Position numbers and translations under genes: made by a program. 64,000 nt of DNA from a virus (Duplodnaviria > Caudoviricetes): the IMG/VR virus record IMGVR_UViG_3300020577_013187, positions 8,233 through 72,232 of that record. The stretch is one strand, 5' to 3'. This document shows positions 51,090-59,509 of this stretch, in pieces. How positions within the stretch are numbered: position 1 is the stretch's first letter; each line of letters opens with the position of its first letter. The notes below the pieces were generated by a model. It made no database searches and was not told where the DNA came from. It worked only from the letters and a program-made list of their open reading frames with translations.

Positions 51090-52216
51090 AGATTCAAATA
51101 CTCAATATTATTTGGCGAATATGCAAATAAATTGGTATTCTTTTCTTTAGATAGGTTTTCTATTCTTTTCTTCATTATTTTGTAAGGCTCATCATATTTT
51201 TCCACGATATAGCAACTTCTGTTTTTCTTCATTGCAACTGCAAGGGTAGTTCCACTACCTCCAAACAGGTCAATTACTAAATCATTTTCTTTTGTAGCTA
51301 TATCAATAAGCCATGCTATAAGCCTTTCAGGTTTTTTAGAATCTTTAAAATCACAACCATCACCACCCTCTTTGTGTGTATTGGTTACTTCATCTGTAAA
51401 GTCTAAATCATTGCAGGGTAAAATAGGTCTGCCTGCTCCATAACTGGATTGATAATATACTCCACTTTGTCTTTTATCATTTTGAGTTTGGAACCATCTG
51501 TAACCGTTACCACCATTTTCCAAACCATTAACCTTGATTAATTTGTCGTCACCAAGTTTGCGTAAATGAGTTTCAAACCATTCTCCTGACCAATTTGCAG
51601 TCTTAATTTTACCTGCAATTATATACCTTCTTAAATCTTCTTTTGTACCCGTACCCTTTACAATTTCATACTGCTCCTTATCGTAAATTTCTACCTCTTT
51701 ACCATTCAGGATTTTTTTCACAGGGTTCTTATCCTTAATCTTTATTTTGTAGTTGAACTTCTCAATTTTAGGGTCTTTGTAATCACAATAGAAACGAGTA
51801 GTTTTTGTTTTTCTGTAAATAAGGATATATTCATAAACATCGTGGTATGTAGCATTAATCATTAGCTGCCTATCCTTGTGCCTTATTTTTATAGGGAATA
51901 ATCCAACAAAATTTGCCTCTGTAAAAAAGGTATCAATTATGTTTTTAAGATTGAACAATTTCATTTGATTAATCGAAACAGCAAGGAATCCATCATTGTC
52001 AAGCATTTCATAGCAGTCATTAATTACTTGCTCAATAAATAATGACCACAATACGTTACTGTCATTGTAATATTTTCTTGCCCCTCTATTTCTTCGTGAA
52101 TTATAAGGTGGGTCAAGGTAAATCAACTTAGCTTTTTTTTCTAAGTCTTTTTTATGGGTTTTATAGAGATTGCGGGAATCTCCTAAAATAACTTTGTATT
52201 TGTTTTTACTTTTCAT
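51086..52216 (-). CDS. Beta-class amino DNA methyltransferase (N6_N4_Mtase, Mod-like)
   Basis: LIYLDPPYN (motif IV) precedes KKPERLI...VIDLFGGSGTT (motif I). Confidence 0.92.
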   Translation of the reverse strand: MKSKNKYKVILGDSRNLYKTHKKDLEKKAKLIYLDPPYNSRRNRGARKYYNDSNVLWSLFIEQVINDCYEMLDNDGFLAVSINQMKLFNLKNIIDTFFTEANFVGLFPIKIRHKDRQLMINATYHDVYEYILIYRKTKTTRFYCDYKDPKIEKFNYKIKIKDKNPVKKILNGKEVEIYDKEQYEIVKGTGTKEDLRRYIIAGKIKTANWSGEWFETHLRKLGDDKLIKVNGLENGGNGYRWFQTQNDKRQSGVYYQSSYGAGRPILPCNDLDFTDEVTNTHKEGGDGCDFKDSKKPERLIAWLIDIATKENDLVIDLFGGSGTTLAVAMKKNRSCYIVEKYDEPYKIMKKRIENLSKEKNTNLFAYSPNNIEYLNL

Positions 52217-53166
52217 TTTTGGATTAATTCTTTGTAGGTCAACCTATCTTCTGCATTAAGCAGGGATAAAGAAAACCTGTTACCGTCTGTCGTTTTACGA
52301 GTATTGTATCTGTATGCAAACTCATCACAGTATTTATTCAGGTGTTTTGCGCTTGCAGAATGATAGATTCCAAAGATTCCTCTTTTCATCAAACTCCAAA
52401 AGCCTTCGATACCGTTGGTATGGAAATTATTGTCATTAATAAATTGCCCTTCGTTGTGTTTCAAAACTTCGTGTTGGTAGTCCTTGTTCAATCCGTTGTA
52501 AGCTGTCCATTCATCCGTTACCATAATTGCGCCTTTTTCTACCATAGATGCAATGATAGGCTTTAAAGTCTTTGATTTTGTATCAGGCACAACAGAAATA
52601 TTAACTAAACCGCTGTTTAAAAGACCAAACACGGGAGTTTTATCTTTTGTGCTGCGCCCCTGTGATTCTTTAACCTTTTTTGAAGCGTGACGATTTTTGT
52701 TTTTCCCTCCAAAATAACTTTCATCTGCCTGTGTCGGTGTGCTACCAAATTTCACTTTAGTTTTTACCTTAAATGAATTTCTTAACCGACCTAAAACAAA
52801 CCATGCAGTTTTTTGAGTAATCCCCAAATCCCTTGCAAGTTGGTGTGAAGAAATACCTTTTTTGTGTGAAGCGAAAATGTAGGTAGCAATAAACCACTTT
52901 CTAAGTGGCAAGTGCGAACCTTCAAACATAGTTCCAACGGTTACAGTAAATCGCTCCCTGCAATCCTTGCATTTTCTTAAACCCTTAAACTCACCTTTTG
53001 TTTTCAATTCGTAGTGTGCTTTGTTTTTGCTTCCGCAATGAGGACAAACTGGCTCCCCGTTCCATCTTAACTGCTCTAAAAATAATCTGCATTCTGTTTC
53101 AGTATTAAGTACTGATAACATTTCTGTGAAAGACTTGAATGCTGTGGGTTGTACTGACTTTTTCAT
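52213..53166 (-). CDS. IS1595-family DDE transposase
   Basis: RWNGEPVCPHCG...KCKDC zinc ribbon, GTMFEGSHLPLRKW, QADESYFGG, VTDEW, HTNGIEGFWS...YCDEFAYRYN. Confidence 0.95.
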   Translation of the reverse strand: MKKSVQPTAFKSFTEMLSVLNTETECRLFLEQLRWNGEPVCPHCGSKNKAHYELKTKGEFKGLRKCKDCRERFTVTVGTMFEGSHLPLRKWFIATYIFASHKKGISSHQLARDLGITQKTAWFVLGRLRNSFKVKTKVKFGSTPTQADESYFGGKNKNRHASKKVKESQGRSTKDKTPVFGLLNSGLVNISVVPDTKSKTLKPIIASMVEKGAIMVTDEWTAYNGLNKDYQHEVLKHNEGQFINDNNFHTNGIEGFWSLMKRGIFGIYHSASAKHLNKYCDEFAYRYNTRKTTDGNRFSLSLLNAEDRLTYKELIQK

Positions 53167-53189
53167 ATATTCGTGCTTTAATTACAGTA

Positions 53190-53221
53190 CAAATATAAGT
53201 CAAATAATTGGTACATCCAAA
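53190..53221 (-). promoter_or_regulatory. Bacteroidota-type promoter TTTG-N20-TATATTTG upstream of transposase 1
   Basis: caaatata at 53190-53197 and caaa at 53218-53221 on the plus strand; no SD before the ATG. Confidence 0.6.
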
Positions 53222-53273
53222 TATATCGTTACCAAAAACTATATCAGATTTTAAGATTTTTTCAAGAAGAAAA

Positions 53274-53305
53274 AGTGTCCCACTATTTAAACTTTATGGG
53301 ACACT
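53274..53305 (-). terminator. Probable terminator hairpin just outside element 1
   Basis: agtgtccca/tgggacact 9-bp stem. Confidence 0.5.
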
Positions 53306-54418
53306 AGATAGGCTAGTGTATGGTGAGCAGGACACTATCTCTCTATAGCTTTACTAAAAACCATTATCAGAGCATGATTCATAATGGAAGCCTTATGACA
53401 CAAAATCCAGCCCTCAGTTTGTAAAGATTTTTTAAAATCATGAGCTAGATCAATAAACTTTTCATTAATGACAGTTATCTCACAAACATAGTGAGTTCTT
53501 GAGACATTAACATTCAGAATAATATCGTCTCGATAACTCTGAGCTCTTAATAACTCTAACATAGCCTTTATTTTGACAGGTAAAATAGAAGTATTCATAT
53601 AGATGAGCTATTCACAAACTCTTGTTTCTAGCAAGAAAAAATCACCTAAAATGCCACCCTCAATTTTTTTATTAGGATAAAGTCTAAATTCATAAAAATA
53701 ATTATCAGCTATCTCTTCTTTTAATTGTGACTCCTCATCTGTAAGCTCTTCATCTTTATAAATCTTTTTAAGAAGATCGAGCTCGTCCTTATTCATTTCA
53801 TTTTTAGGAATAAGATAATAATGACTTCTTAAACCATTGTCTCGTTCAACTGTCTCTCTGATTTCTAAAAAAATGTATTCTTTCATATTTTATCCTTTTT
53901 GGCAAAACCTCTTTTTATTAAATCTTCTTCTGTTTGACTAAGACTATTAAACCATTCATCTTCTTGAATACTGCCATCGCTCATAGTCCAGATATGCCTC
54001 TGAAGAGGCAATCTGGGTTGAGTCATATCAACTTCTATTCTATAGCTTTTAAAACTATAATGAGGAAATAGGATTTGTGGAGAAGTAAAAATCATTGTTT
54101 TCTTTAATCAATATTGTTTTTAACTAATTCTCTAGTCCAATCAAAAGATCTTACTGGTCTTAAGATACAAGCATTATATTGAGTATAGGATGGTTCCCAA
54201 CCAAGGATTGAATTAATTTCATTCGCTAATTCATCAGTAGCTTTTGAGTCACAATTGCCATATCCATTATTCTCATAATATCCAACACAAATTTTTACTT
54301 GATCACGACTAATTTCAATTGTTTGATTAATATTGAAACCTGATTTTTCCAGTAACTTTTGAATTTGTCTTGAAGTCATTTTGATATCTCCTATTTGTTG
54401 TGTTCAACTTATAAATTA

Positions 54419-54446
54419 AATATACACTATCTTAAAAATAAGTCAA
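54419..54446 (-). promoter_or_regulatory. Repeated early promoter TTGACT-N16-TATATT
   Basis: aatatacactatcttaaaaataagtcaa. Confidence 0.7.
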
Positions 54447-54989
54447 CACTATTTTAAAATAAAAGATACTATTTTTTATTTTTAGCAAAATTATTACAAA
54501 TGGCAATTGCCCTATCTAATACAAAAGAAAATCCAACTTCAATAGAATGAGTGACTTCACATTTATAAATTTTATACCCAGGGAAAGAAAACTTATTACC
54601 TTTTTGGATGCCTTTTACTTTATCAGCACAGACCCAATAATCACCATTTTGATGCAAGATATCTGATTCTTTCATATTAGTTATTAGCTTTAAAGTTTGT
54701 AATTTCAAAGCTACCATTATGAAAAACTTTAATTACTTTGCCTCTTGCATGCTCTTTTAAAAAACTATCCCATAGTCTAAAAATTATACCATCATTTGTA
54801 GAATCATAATGCCCAAACGATCCTTCTAAAGTTATATCAAAAGTACTATCATTATATTTAAAACCTTTTTTAATCAATTTATGAATTGCATTTGATAATT
54901 CTAAATTCTGACCTAATTTCTTATAAAGATAAATAATCATTTTCTTATCCTTTTTTTGAGTTGCTTGATTGCCTCTCAATTATATATTA

Positions 54990-55017
54990 ACTATACACTA
55001 CTTTAAAAAATAGTCAA
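54990..55017 (-). promoter_or_regulatory. Repeated early promoter TTGACT-N16-TATAGT
   Basis: actatacactactttaaaaaatagtcaa. Confidence 0.7.
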
Positions 55018-55042
55018 TACATTATTTAATAAAAAGGTAAAA

Positions 55043-55609
55043 TTATTTCTTTTTTCTCCATAGAATCTCTTCATGGGCATCATATCTTTCCCAATGTACT
55101 TGTTCCCAACCATCTTTTGATAAATCTGGACTACCATCCCACATTTTTCGAGGGCCCTCAGTAATCTTATATTTATATTCATACTCATCTTGAATTTTAA
55201 TATCTTTACTTTTAAGATAATCAAGCTGACATCTTATAGAATCTAAAGCCATTTTATGAGAGTATAGGTTACTTATTTGATCTCTTAGCCTTTCAATCTC
55301 ATTTTCTTGTTTTTTTATTTTTTCTTTTAGAGCTTCTTGAACCTCCATTGCAGTAGTATGAAGATTTTGCCAATGCTCTACTTCTTCTATAAGACCAGAA
55401 ATTATTTGAGGGGACTCGGTAATAAGACGAGTATTTGAAAAATACTGTTTATCGGTAATTGGTAAACTTGTAATAACAGATTCGATTATAGGAACATCAT
55501 CATTTGAAATAATAGTAAAGAACTTATGAGAAGGAAGTTTAAACATATCCCAAGGCCATGGGCTAATTTCTTGTAGTATCTTTTTAATTTTTTCAATTGG
55601 ATAGATCAT
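55043..55609 (-). CDS. Ead/Ea22-like protein with coiled coil (start revised to MIYPIEK)
   Basis: ISPWPW...NTRLITESPQIISGLIEEVE. Confidence 0.5.
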   Translation of the reverse strand: MIYPIEKIKKILQEISPWPWDMFKLPSHKFFTIISNDDVPIIESVITSLPITDKQYFSNTRLITESPQIISGLIEEVEHWQNLHTTAMEVQEALKEKIKKQENEIERLRDQISNLYSHKMALDSIRCQLDYLKSKDIKIQDEYEYKYKITEGPRKMWDGSPDLSKDGWEQVHWERYDAHEEILWRKKK

Positions 55610-56562
55610 AGAATTTCTTTTATTTTTTTTGAGTTTTCTTAGATAAGCCGATGACTGAGTATTTAAAACTACTGCCACCCAAATAGTGGGGCTCATATCC
55701 TGCATCATTAATAGCGTGCCAAATATATTTTGGCAGATTATAAACTCTACCAACATATCTAAATTTAAAAACTCTTTCAGACCGTGTTATTGCTGCTTTT
55801 ATATTTTGATTGTCTTGAAAGGGATAATCTACATTTTTTAGAGTTTCTGTTTCTATATCAAAAGTTTTCATCATTATTTTTCCTTAAGCAAATGAATGAG
55901 CTCTTTTGATATAGAAAACCTTTCGCTACATTCTGGACACTCCAAACCTATGTGGTCTCCGCCACAATCAGAACAATAATAATTATTCTCATTCCACTCA
56001 TTAATAGAACTTACTTCCTTACATTTCAAACAAGATATCTCTAATTTTTTAGAGTATAGAGTGTCTAGCATATTTCGAAAAAACTGATTCAAAGCTTCAA
56101 GTTGACCTCTATGATATGCTATTACAGAATGAACTTTATTAAATTTATCTAAGATCAAATCTTGTTCTTTAGTAATTTTCATATTTTATTCTATAAGTTT
56201 GCTGCTAACTTGACCCAATTTTTATTTTTGCTAATCTTTTTGGTTTTATTGATTATCTAATTGATCTAAAAGATGCAAACATGATTGTACAAATAAAGGA
56301 AGTTCAGTTTCTTTGAATTTTTCAATTATATAGTTAATTTCTGATCTGTCTTTTGTTTTTAGTAAATTTAAAATTAAATCTCTATTAGGTTGACTATTTT
56401 TGCCCTGATTCCAAACATAATGTGAAATCAATTCTGCAACTGAAATATTTTCAACATCTGATAAATCATATATTACGAATTCTTCATCTTCTGCATCAAT
56501 AAATTTTTTCATTGTCTTATTCCTTTTTTTTATTTGTTATTGTTTAACCAACTTATAAATAA

Positions 56563-56590
56563 AGTATACACCATCTTATTTAAGAGTCAA
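56563..56590 (-). promoter_or_regulatory. Repeated early promoter TTGACT-N16-TATACT
   Basis: agtatacaccatcttatttaagagtcaa. Confidence 0.7.
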
Positions 56591-56693
56591 TAGATATTTT
56601 AAAATATTATTTCAAATAAGAGATAATTGCGCCCTTATGTATCAAATACACCTTAGATTGACATATTCAAAAAGTTTTTATAAAAACTAACTT

Positions 56694-56945
56694 ATGAATA
56701 TTAAAGAAATTATTTCATCTGCAGGACGCAATAAACATACAATTATATTAACCGCTAGAGAAGAAGATGGAACTATTGAAACAAGAGAAGCAGAGCCCTA
56801 TAGCTACCGAGTAAAGAATAATCATGAGCTATTCTATTGTTATGATATTTTAAAACAAGGTACGAGAACTTTCATTGTAACAAGTATTATATCTGTCAAA
56901 GAAACTGATAATACATTTGTTCCAAGATGGCCAATTGAGGTTTAA
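56694..56945 (+). CDS. Stand-alone WYL-domain protein
   Basis: ETREAEPYSYR...LFYCYD...GTRTFIVTSIISVKET, matching the WYL pattern R.vEPY.l...l.ayc..r...RtF....I..v..t. Confidence 0.8.
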   Translation: MNIKEIISSAGRNKHTIILTAREEDGTIETREAEPYSYRVKNNHELFYCYDILKQGTRTFIVTSIISVKETDNTFVPRWPIEV

Positions 56946-57127
56946 TAATAGTTTTCATCAACTGCTCTTTCCAATCCAGCTTCTATTCTTGTAGTAATTG
57001 CATCGAGTCTATCAGCTGCTGCAGCTAAATTTAAGCAGGCATTGATCCAAATAGCATTATGTCCTTTTATACCAGCTTCAAGTGTTGCCCTTTTACGAAT
57101 TTCAATTAATTCATCTCTTGTCCACAT
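56942..57127 (-). CDS. 61-aa passenger ORF
   Basis: AAGGAG RBS and ATG supplied by the left 38-bp inverted repeat. Confidence 0.7.
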   Translation of the reverse strand: MWTRDELIEIRKRATLEAGIKGHNAIWINACLNLAAAADRLDAITTRIEAGLERAVDENYY

Positions 57128-57162
57128 GATATAATTCTCCTTTATTTGGTTTAATTATATCA
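57125..57162 (-). repeat. Left copy of the 38-bp promoter-RBS-ATG inverted repeat
   Basis: Reverse complement is tgatataattaaaccaaataaaggagaattatatcatg, identical to 58540-58577. Confidence 0.95.
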
Positions 57163-57180
57163 CATTTATCTCACCTATTT

Positions 57181-57402
57181 TTAATCAATTTTTAAATTTT
57201 CACAGCCAATAGCCTTTAAACATTGAATCAAAAAGATAGCACTAAAAGTGCCTCGATTGATCTTATTGTTTACATTTTCAGGCTTCTCATTGACTCCAAT
57301 TACCTCCAATTTTTTACAAAGCTCCTCATAGCTCATTTCCCTTCGAGCTAACTCTGATTTTAAAATTCCCTTCACATCTCTTTCCCAATCTATCTTTTCC
57401 AT
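57181..57402 (-). CDS. DUF6471-like HTH protein, divergent from the transposase
   Basis: WERDVKGILKSELARREMSYEEL...NKINRGTFSAIFLIQCLKAIG. Confidence 0.8.
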   Translation of the reverse strand: MEKIDWERDVKGILKSELARREMSYEELCKKLEVIGVNEKPENVNNKINRGTFSAIFLIQCLKAIGCENLKID

Positions 57403-57526
57403 AATGTAATTATACCATGTTTTTAAACTTTATTTCAATTTAATATATCAAATATAGTTTATTTAATTGACCATAATATCAAATATGATACTTTAAAATC
57501 AGATACAATTTTTAAGGTTCATTTTT

Positions 57527-58516
57527 ATGGCACAACATTTCCTACTATCTTCCAAAGCTAAAACACTTTCCCTTAAAAAGGTCTTCACCATGACTGATGA
57601 TGAAGCTTTTAACTATTTCAAAAGCATCCGCTGGTCTGAAAACAATGGTGATCCTATTTGTTCCAAATGTGGCAATTATGAAAAATTTTGGTTTATCTCA
57701 ACTCGTAAAAATTGGAAATGTGCTTATTGTAAATCTACTTTTACTGTGACCAGTGGAACCTTATTCGCTTACCATAAATTGCCCCTGAAAGATTATCTGG
57801 CTGCTATTGCTATATTTACCAATGGAGCCAAAGGAATTAATGCTCTTCATCTTTCAAGAGATCTTCAAGTCCAATACAAGACAGCTTTTGTTTTAACCCA
57901 TAAATTAAGAGAAGCTCTTCAACAGCAAATTCCATCCAAGCTCAAAGGAGAAGTTGAAATTGATGGGGCTTATTTTGGTGGATCAATTAAACCTAAAAAT
58001 ATCAAAGCTGAAAGAATTGATCGAAGATTAGCTGAAAATAAAAATGATAAAAAGCAGTGTGTGGTTGCTTTACGATTAAGAGGAAAAGATCAAGGAGCCA
58101 TTGAAACCAGGACAGCCATTATCAAACAAGAAAATTATCAGGACATGAAATCGATCCTTGAAGCTCATGTTGATCAATCTTCAGTAATTTATTCTGATGA
58201 GCATCCTAGCTATGGAGGCTTGGCTTCTAGCTATACTCTCAAACAAGTAAACCATGGGATTCAATATTTTGATCATGAAACAGGGGCTTGTATCAACCAA
58301 GCTGAAAGCTTTTTCTCAAGAATCAGAAGAGCTGAAGTAGGGATCAATCATCATTTTGCTGGCAAGTATTTACACTCTTACGCCAATGAAATGTCTTATC
58401 GAGAAGACAACAGAAGAAAAGACAATGGCTGGATTTATCAAGACATCCTCACCAAAGCTTTACACAAATCTGAAAGCAATTTATGGAAAGGTTATTGGCA
58501 AAGAAATATGAATTAA
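57527..58516 (+). CDS. IS1595-family DDE transposase
   Basis: MAQHFLLSSKAKTLSL, ICSKC...CAYC zinc ribbon, SGTLF, VEIDGAYFGG, IYSDE, CINQAESFFSRIRR...YANEMSYRED. Confidence 0.95.
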   Translation: MAQHFLLSSKAKTLSLKKVFTMTDDEAFNYFKSIRWSENNGDPICSKCGNYEKFWFISTRKNWKCAYCKSTFTVTSGTLFAYHKLPLKDYLAAIAIFTNGAKGINALHLSRDLQVQYKTAFVLTHKLREALQQQIPSKLKGEVEIDGAYFGGSIKPKNIKAERIDRRLAENKNDKKQCVVALRLRGKDQGAIETRTAIIKQENYQDMKSILEAHVDQSSVIYSDEHPSYGGLASSYTLKQVNHGIQYFDHETGACINQAESFFSRIRRAEVGINHHFAGKYLHSYANEMSYREDNRRKDNGWIYQDILTKALHKSESNLWKGYWQRNMN

Positions 58517-58539
58517 TCTGAAAAAAGATAAGTGAAATA

Positions 58540-58577
58540 TGATATAATTAAACCAAATAAAGGAGAATTATATCATG
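58540..58577 (+). repeat. Right copy of the 38-bp promoter-RBS-ATG inverted repeat
   Basis: tgatataattaaaccaaataaaggagaattatatcatg. Confidence 0.95.
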
Positions 58578-58751
58578 GAAGAAAATAATGTAATTAAATT
58601 TAAAGCAAATGAAAAAGTAGTTAATTCTTTTTTAGCAATTCTTAATGCATGGAAAGATTTTAAAAAGCTTTTAGACGATGATGGTAGAGTCTGGTGGGTT
58701 GAAGCCAACGGTGAAAAAAATGTATTTCTAAAGTTTGAATTTGATAGATAA
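58575..58751 (+). CDS. 58-aa passenger ORF (not in the ORF track)
   Basis: MEENNVIKFKANEKVVNSFLAILNAWKDFKKLLDDDGRVWWVEANGEKNVFLKFEFDR; AAGGAG RBS. Confidence 0.7.
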   Translation: MEENNVIKFKANEKVVNSFLAILNAWKDFKKLLDDDGRVWWVEANGEKNVFLKFEFDR

Positions 58752-58952
58752 GTTGCCTAATTCTTTCTCAAATTTCCTACTCAACTCATTCTCAGATCGA
58801 TTAAAATCAGTCCCATCAAGCTGAATTCCATCATGACAAAAGGGACAGGTAACTTTAGCTGAGGTTCTAATTTCATTTGAAGATATTTGGAGAGTTTTCT
58901 GGCAATTTGGACATTTAATACCTTCTTTAAAATTCATAGATTTAAAGTTCAT
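58728..58952 (-). CDS. Zinc-ribbon passenger protein
   Basis: CPNC...CPFC; TTGACA adjacent to the right TIR (tgtcaa at about 59002) and GAGG RBS. Confidence 0.7.
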   Translation of the reverse strand: MNFKSMNFKEGIKCPNCQKTLQISSNEIRTSAKVTCPFCHDGIQLDGTDFNRSENELSRKFEKELGNLSIKFKL

Positions 58953-59010
58953 TATTTTAACCTCTCTTAAGTAAAAAGAAGCTAAATTAACCTTTAATAT
59001 CTGTCAATTT

Positions 59011-59403
59011 TTAAGGTGTATTTGATACATAAGGGCGGATAATTGGCTTTTGACTAGTAGAGTTTAGAGCTTTTGTCATATACTCAGGGCTAAAGGATAA
59101 TAATGAACTCTTAAAGCCGTCACTATAATTTTTAACAAACATTTCAGTATCTAGGTCAACATAACCTTCAAAAATCATAAATTGTTGATAATCACCATGG
59201 AGTCTTACACCAGTAGCTTTTCTTTTACCCTTAGGAACAAACATTAAAACAACAGAGTCTTTATATTGAGCATAAGGACCTACCTTTACACTCTTTAAAG
59301 TAATCTTCCAAGAGATAGGAAAACCAAAATCACCCATTTTACAAATAGTATATTTTTGTTCTGGAATTAAGTTTAATAGCTGATTGATGATTTCCTGATT
59401 CAT
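59011..59403 (-). CDS. Hypothetical phage protein whose C-terminus is now supplied by the IS TIR
   Basis: Ends ...SQKPIIRPYVSNTP, with RPYVSNTP* encoded by the right TIR. Confidence 0.75.
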   Translation of the reverse strand: MNQEIINQLLNLIPEQKYTICKMGDFGFPISWKITLKSVKVGPYAQYKDSVVLMFVPKGKRKATGVRLHGDYQQFMIFEGYVDLDTEMFVKNYSDGFKSSLLSFSPEYMTKALNSTSQKPIIRPYVSNTP

Positions 59404-59450
59404 TTTCTTATCCTTTTATTTTTTAGTGAGCCGCATTGACTTATGAATTA

Positions 59451-59478
59451 ACTATACACTAGTTTAATTTTAAGTCAA
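59451..59478 (-). promoter_or_regulatory. Repeated early promoter TTGACT-N16-TATAGT
   Basis: actatacactagtttaattttaagtcaa. Confidence 0.7.
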
Positions 59479-59509
59479 CACTATTTTAAAAATAAAAGGA
59501 TAAAATAAT

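Larger units (their letters stand above)
49625..53233 (-). mobile_element. IS1595-family transporter element 1 (3609 bp) with methyltransferase and HNH passengers
   Basis: 25-bp imperfect TIRs ggtaacgatatattt(cgg/gga)tgtacca; 8-bp target duplication AAAAACTA at 49617-49624 and 53234-53241. Confidence 0.93.
56630..59037 (+). mobile_element. IS1595-family transporter element 2 (2408 bp) with DUF6471-like gene and four passenger genes
   Basis: Perfect 26-bp TIRs cgcccttatgtatcaaatacacctta (56630-56655 and 59012-59037); 8-bp target duplication GATAATTG (56622-56629 and 59038-59045). Confidence 0.95.

Noticed and set aside
57125-58577. The 38-bp inverted repeats as the true ends of the IS
   Set aside because: No direct target duplication flanks them; the outer 26-bp TIRs have a clean 8-bp duplication.
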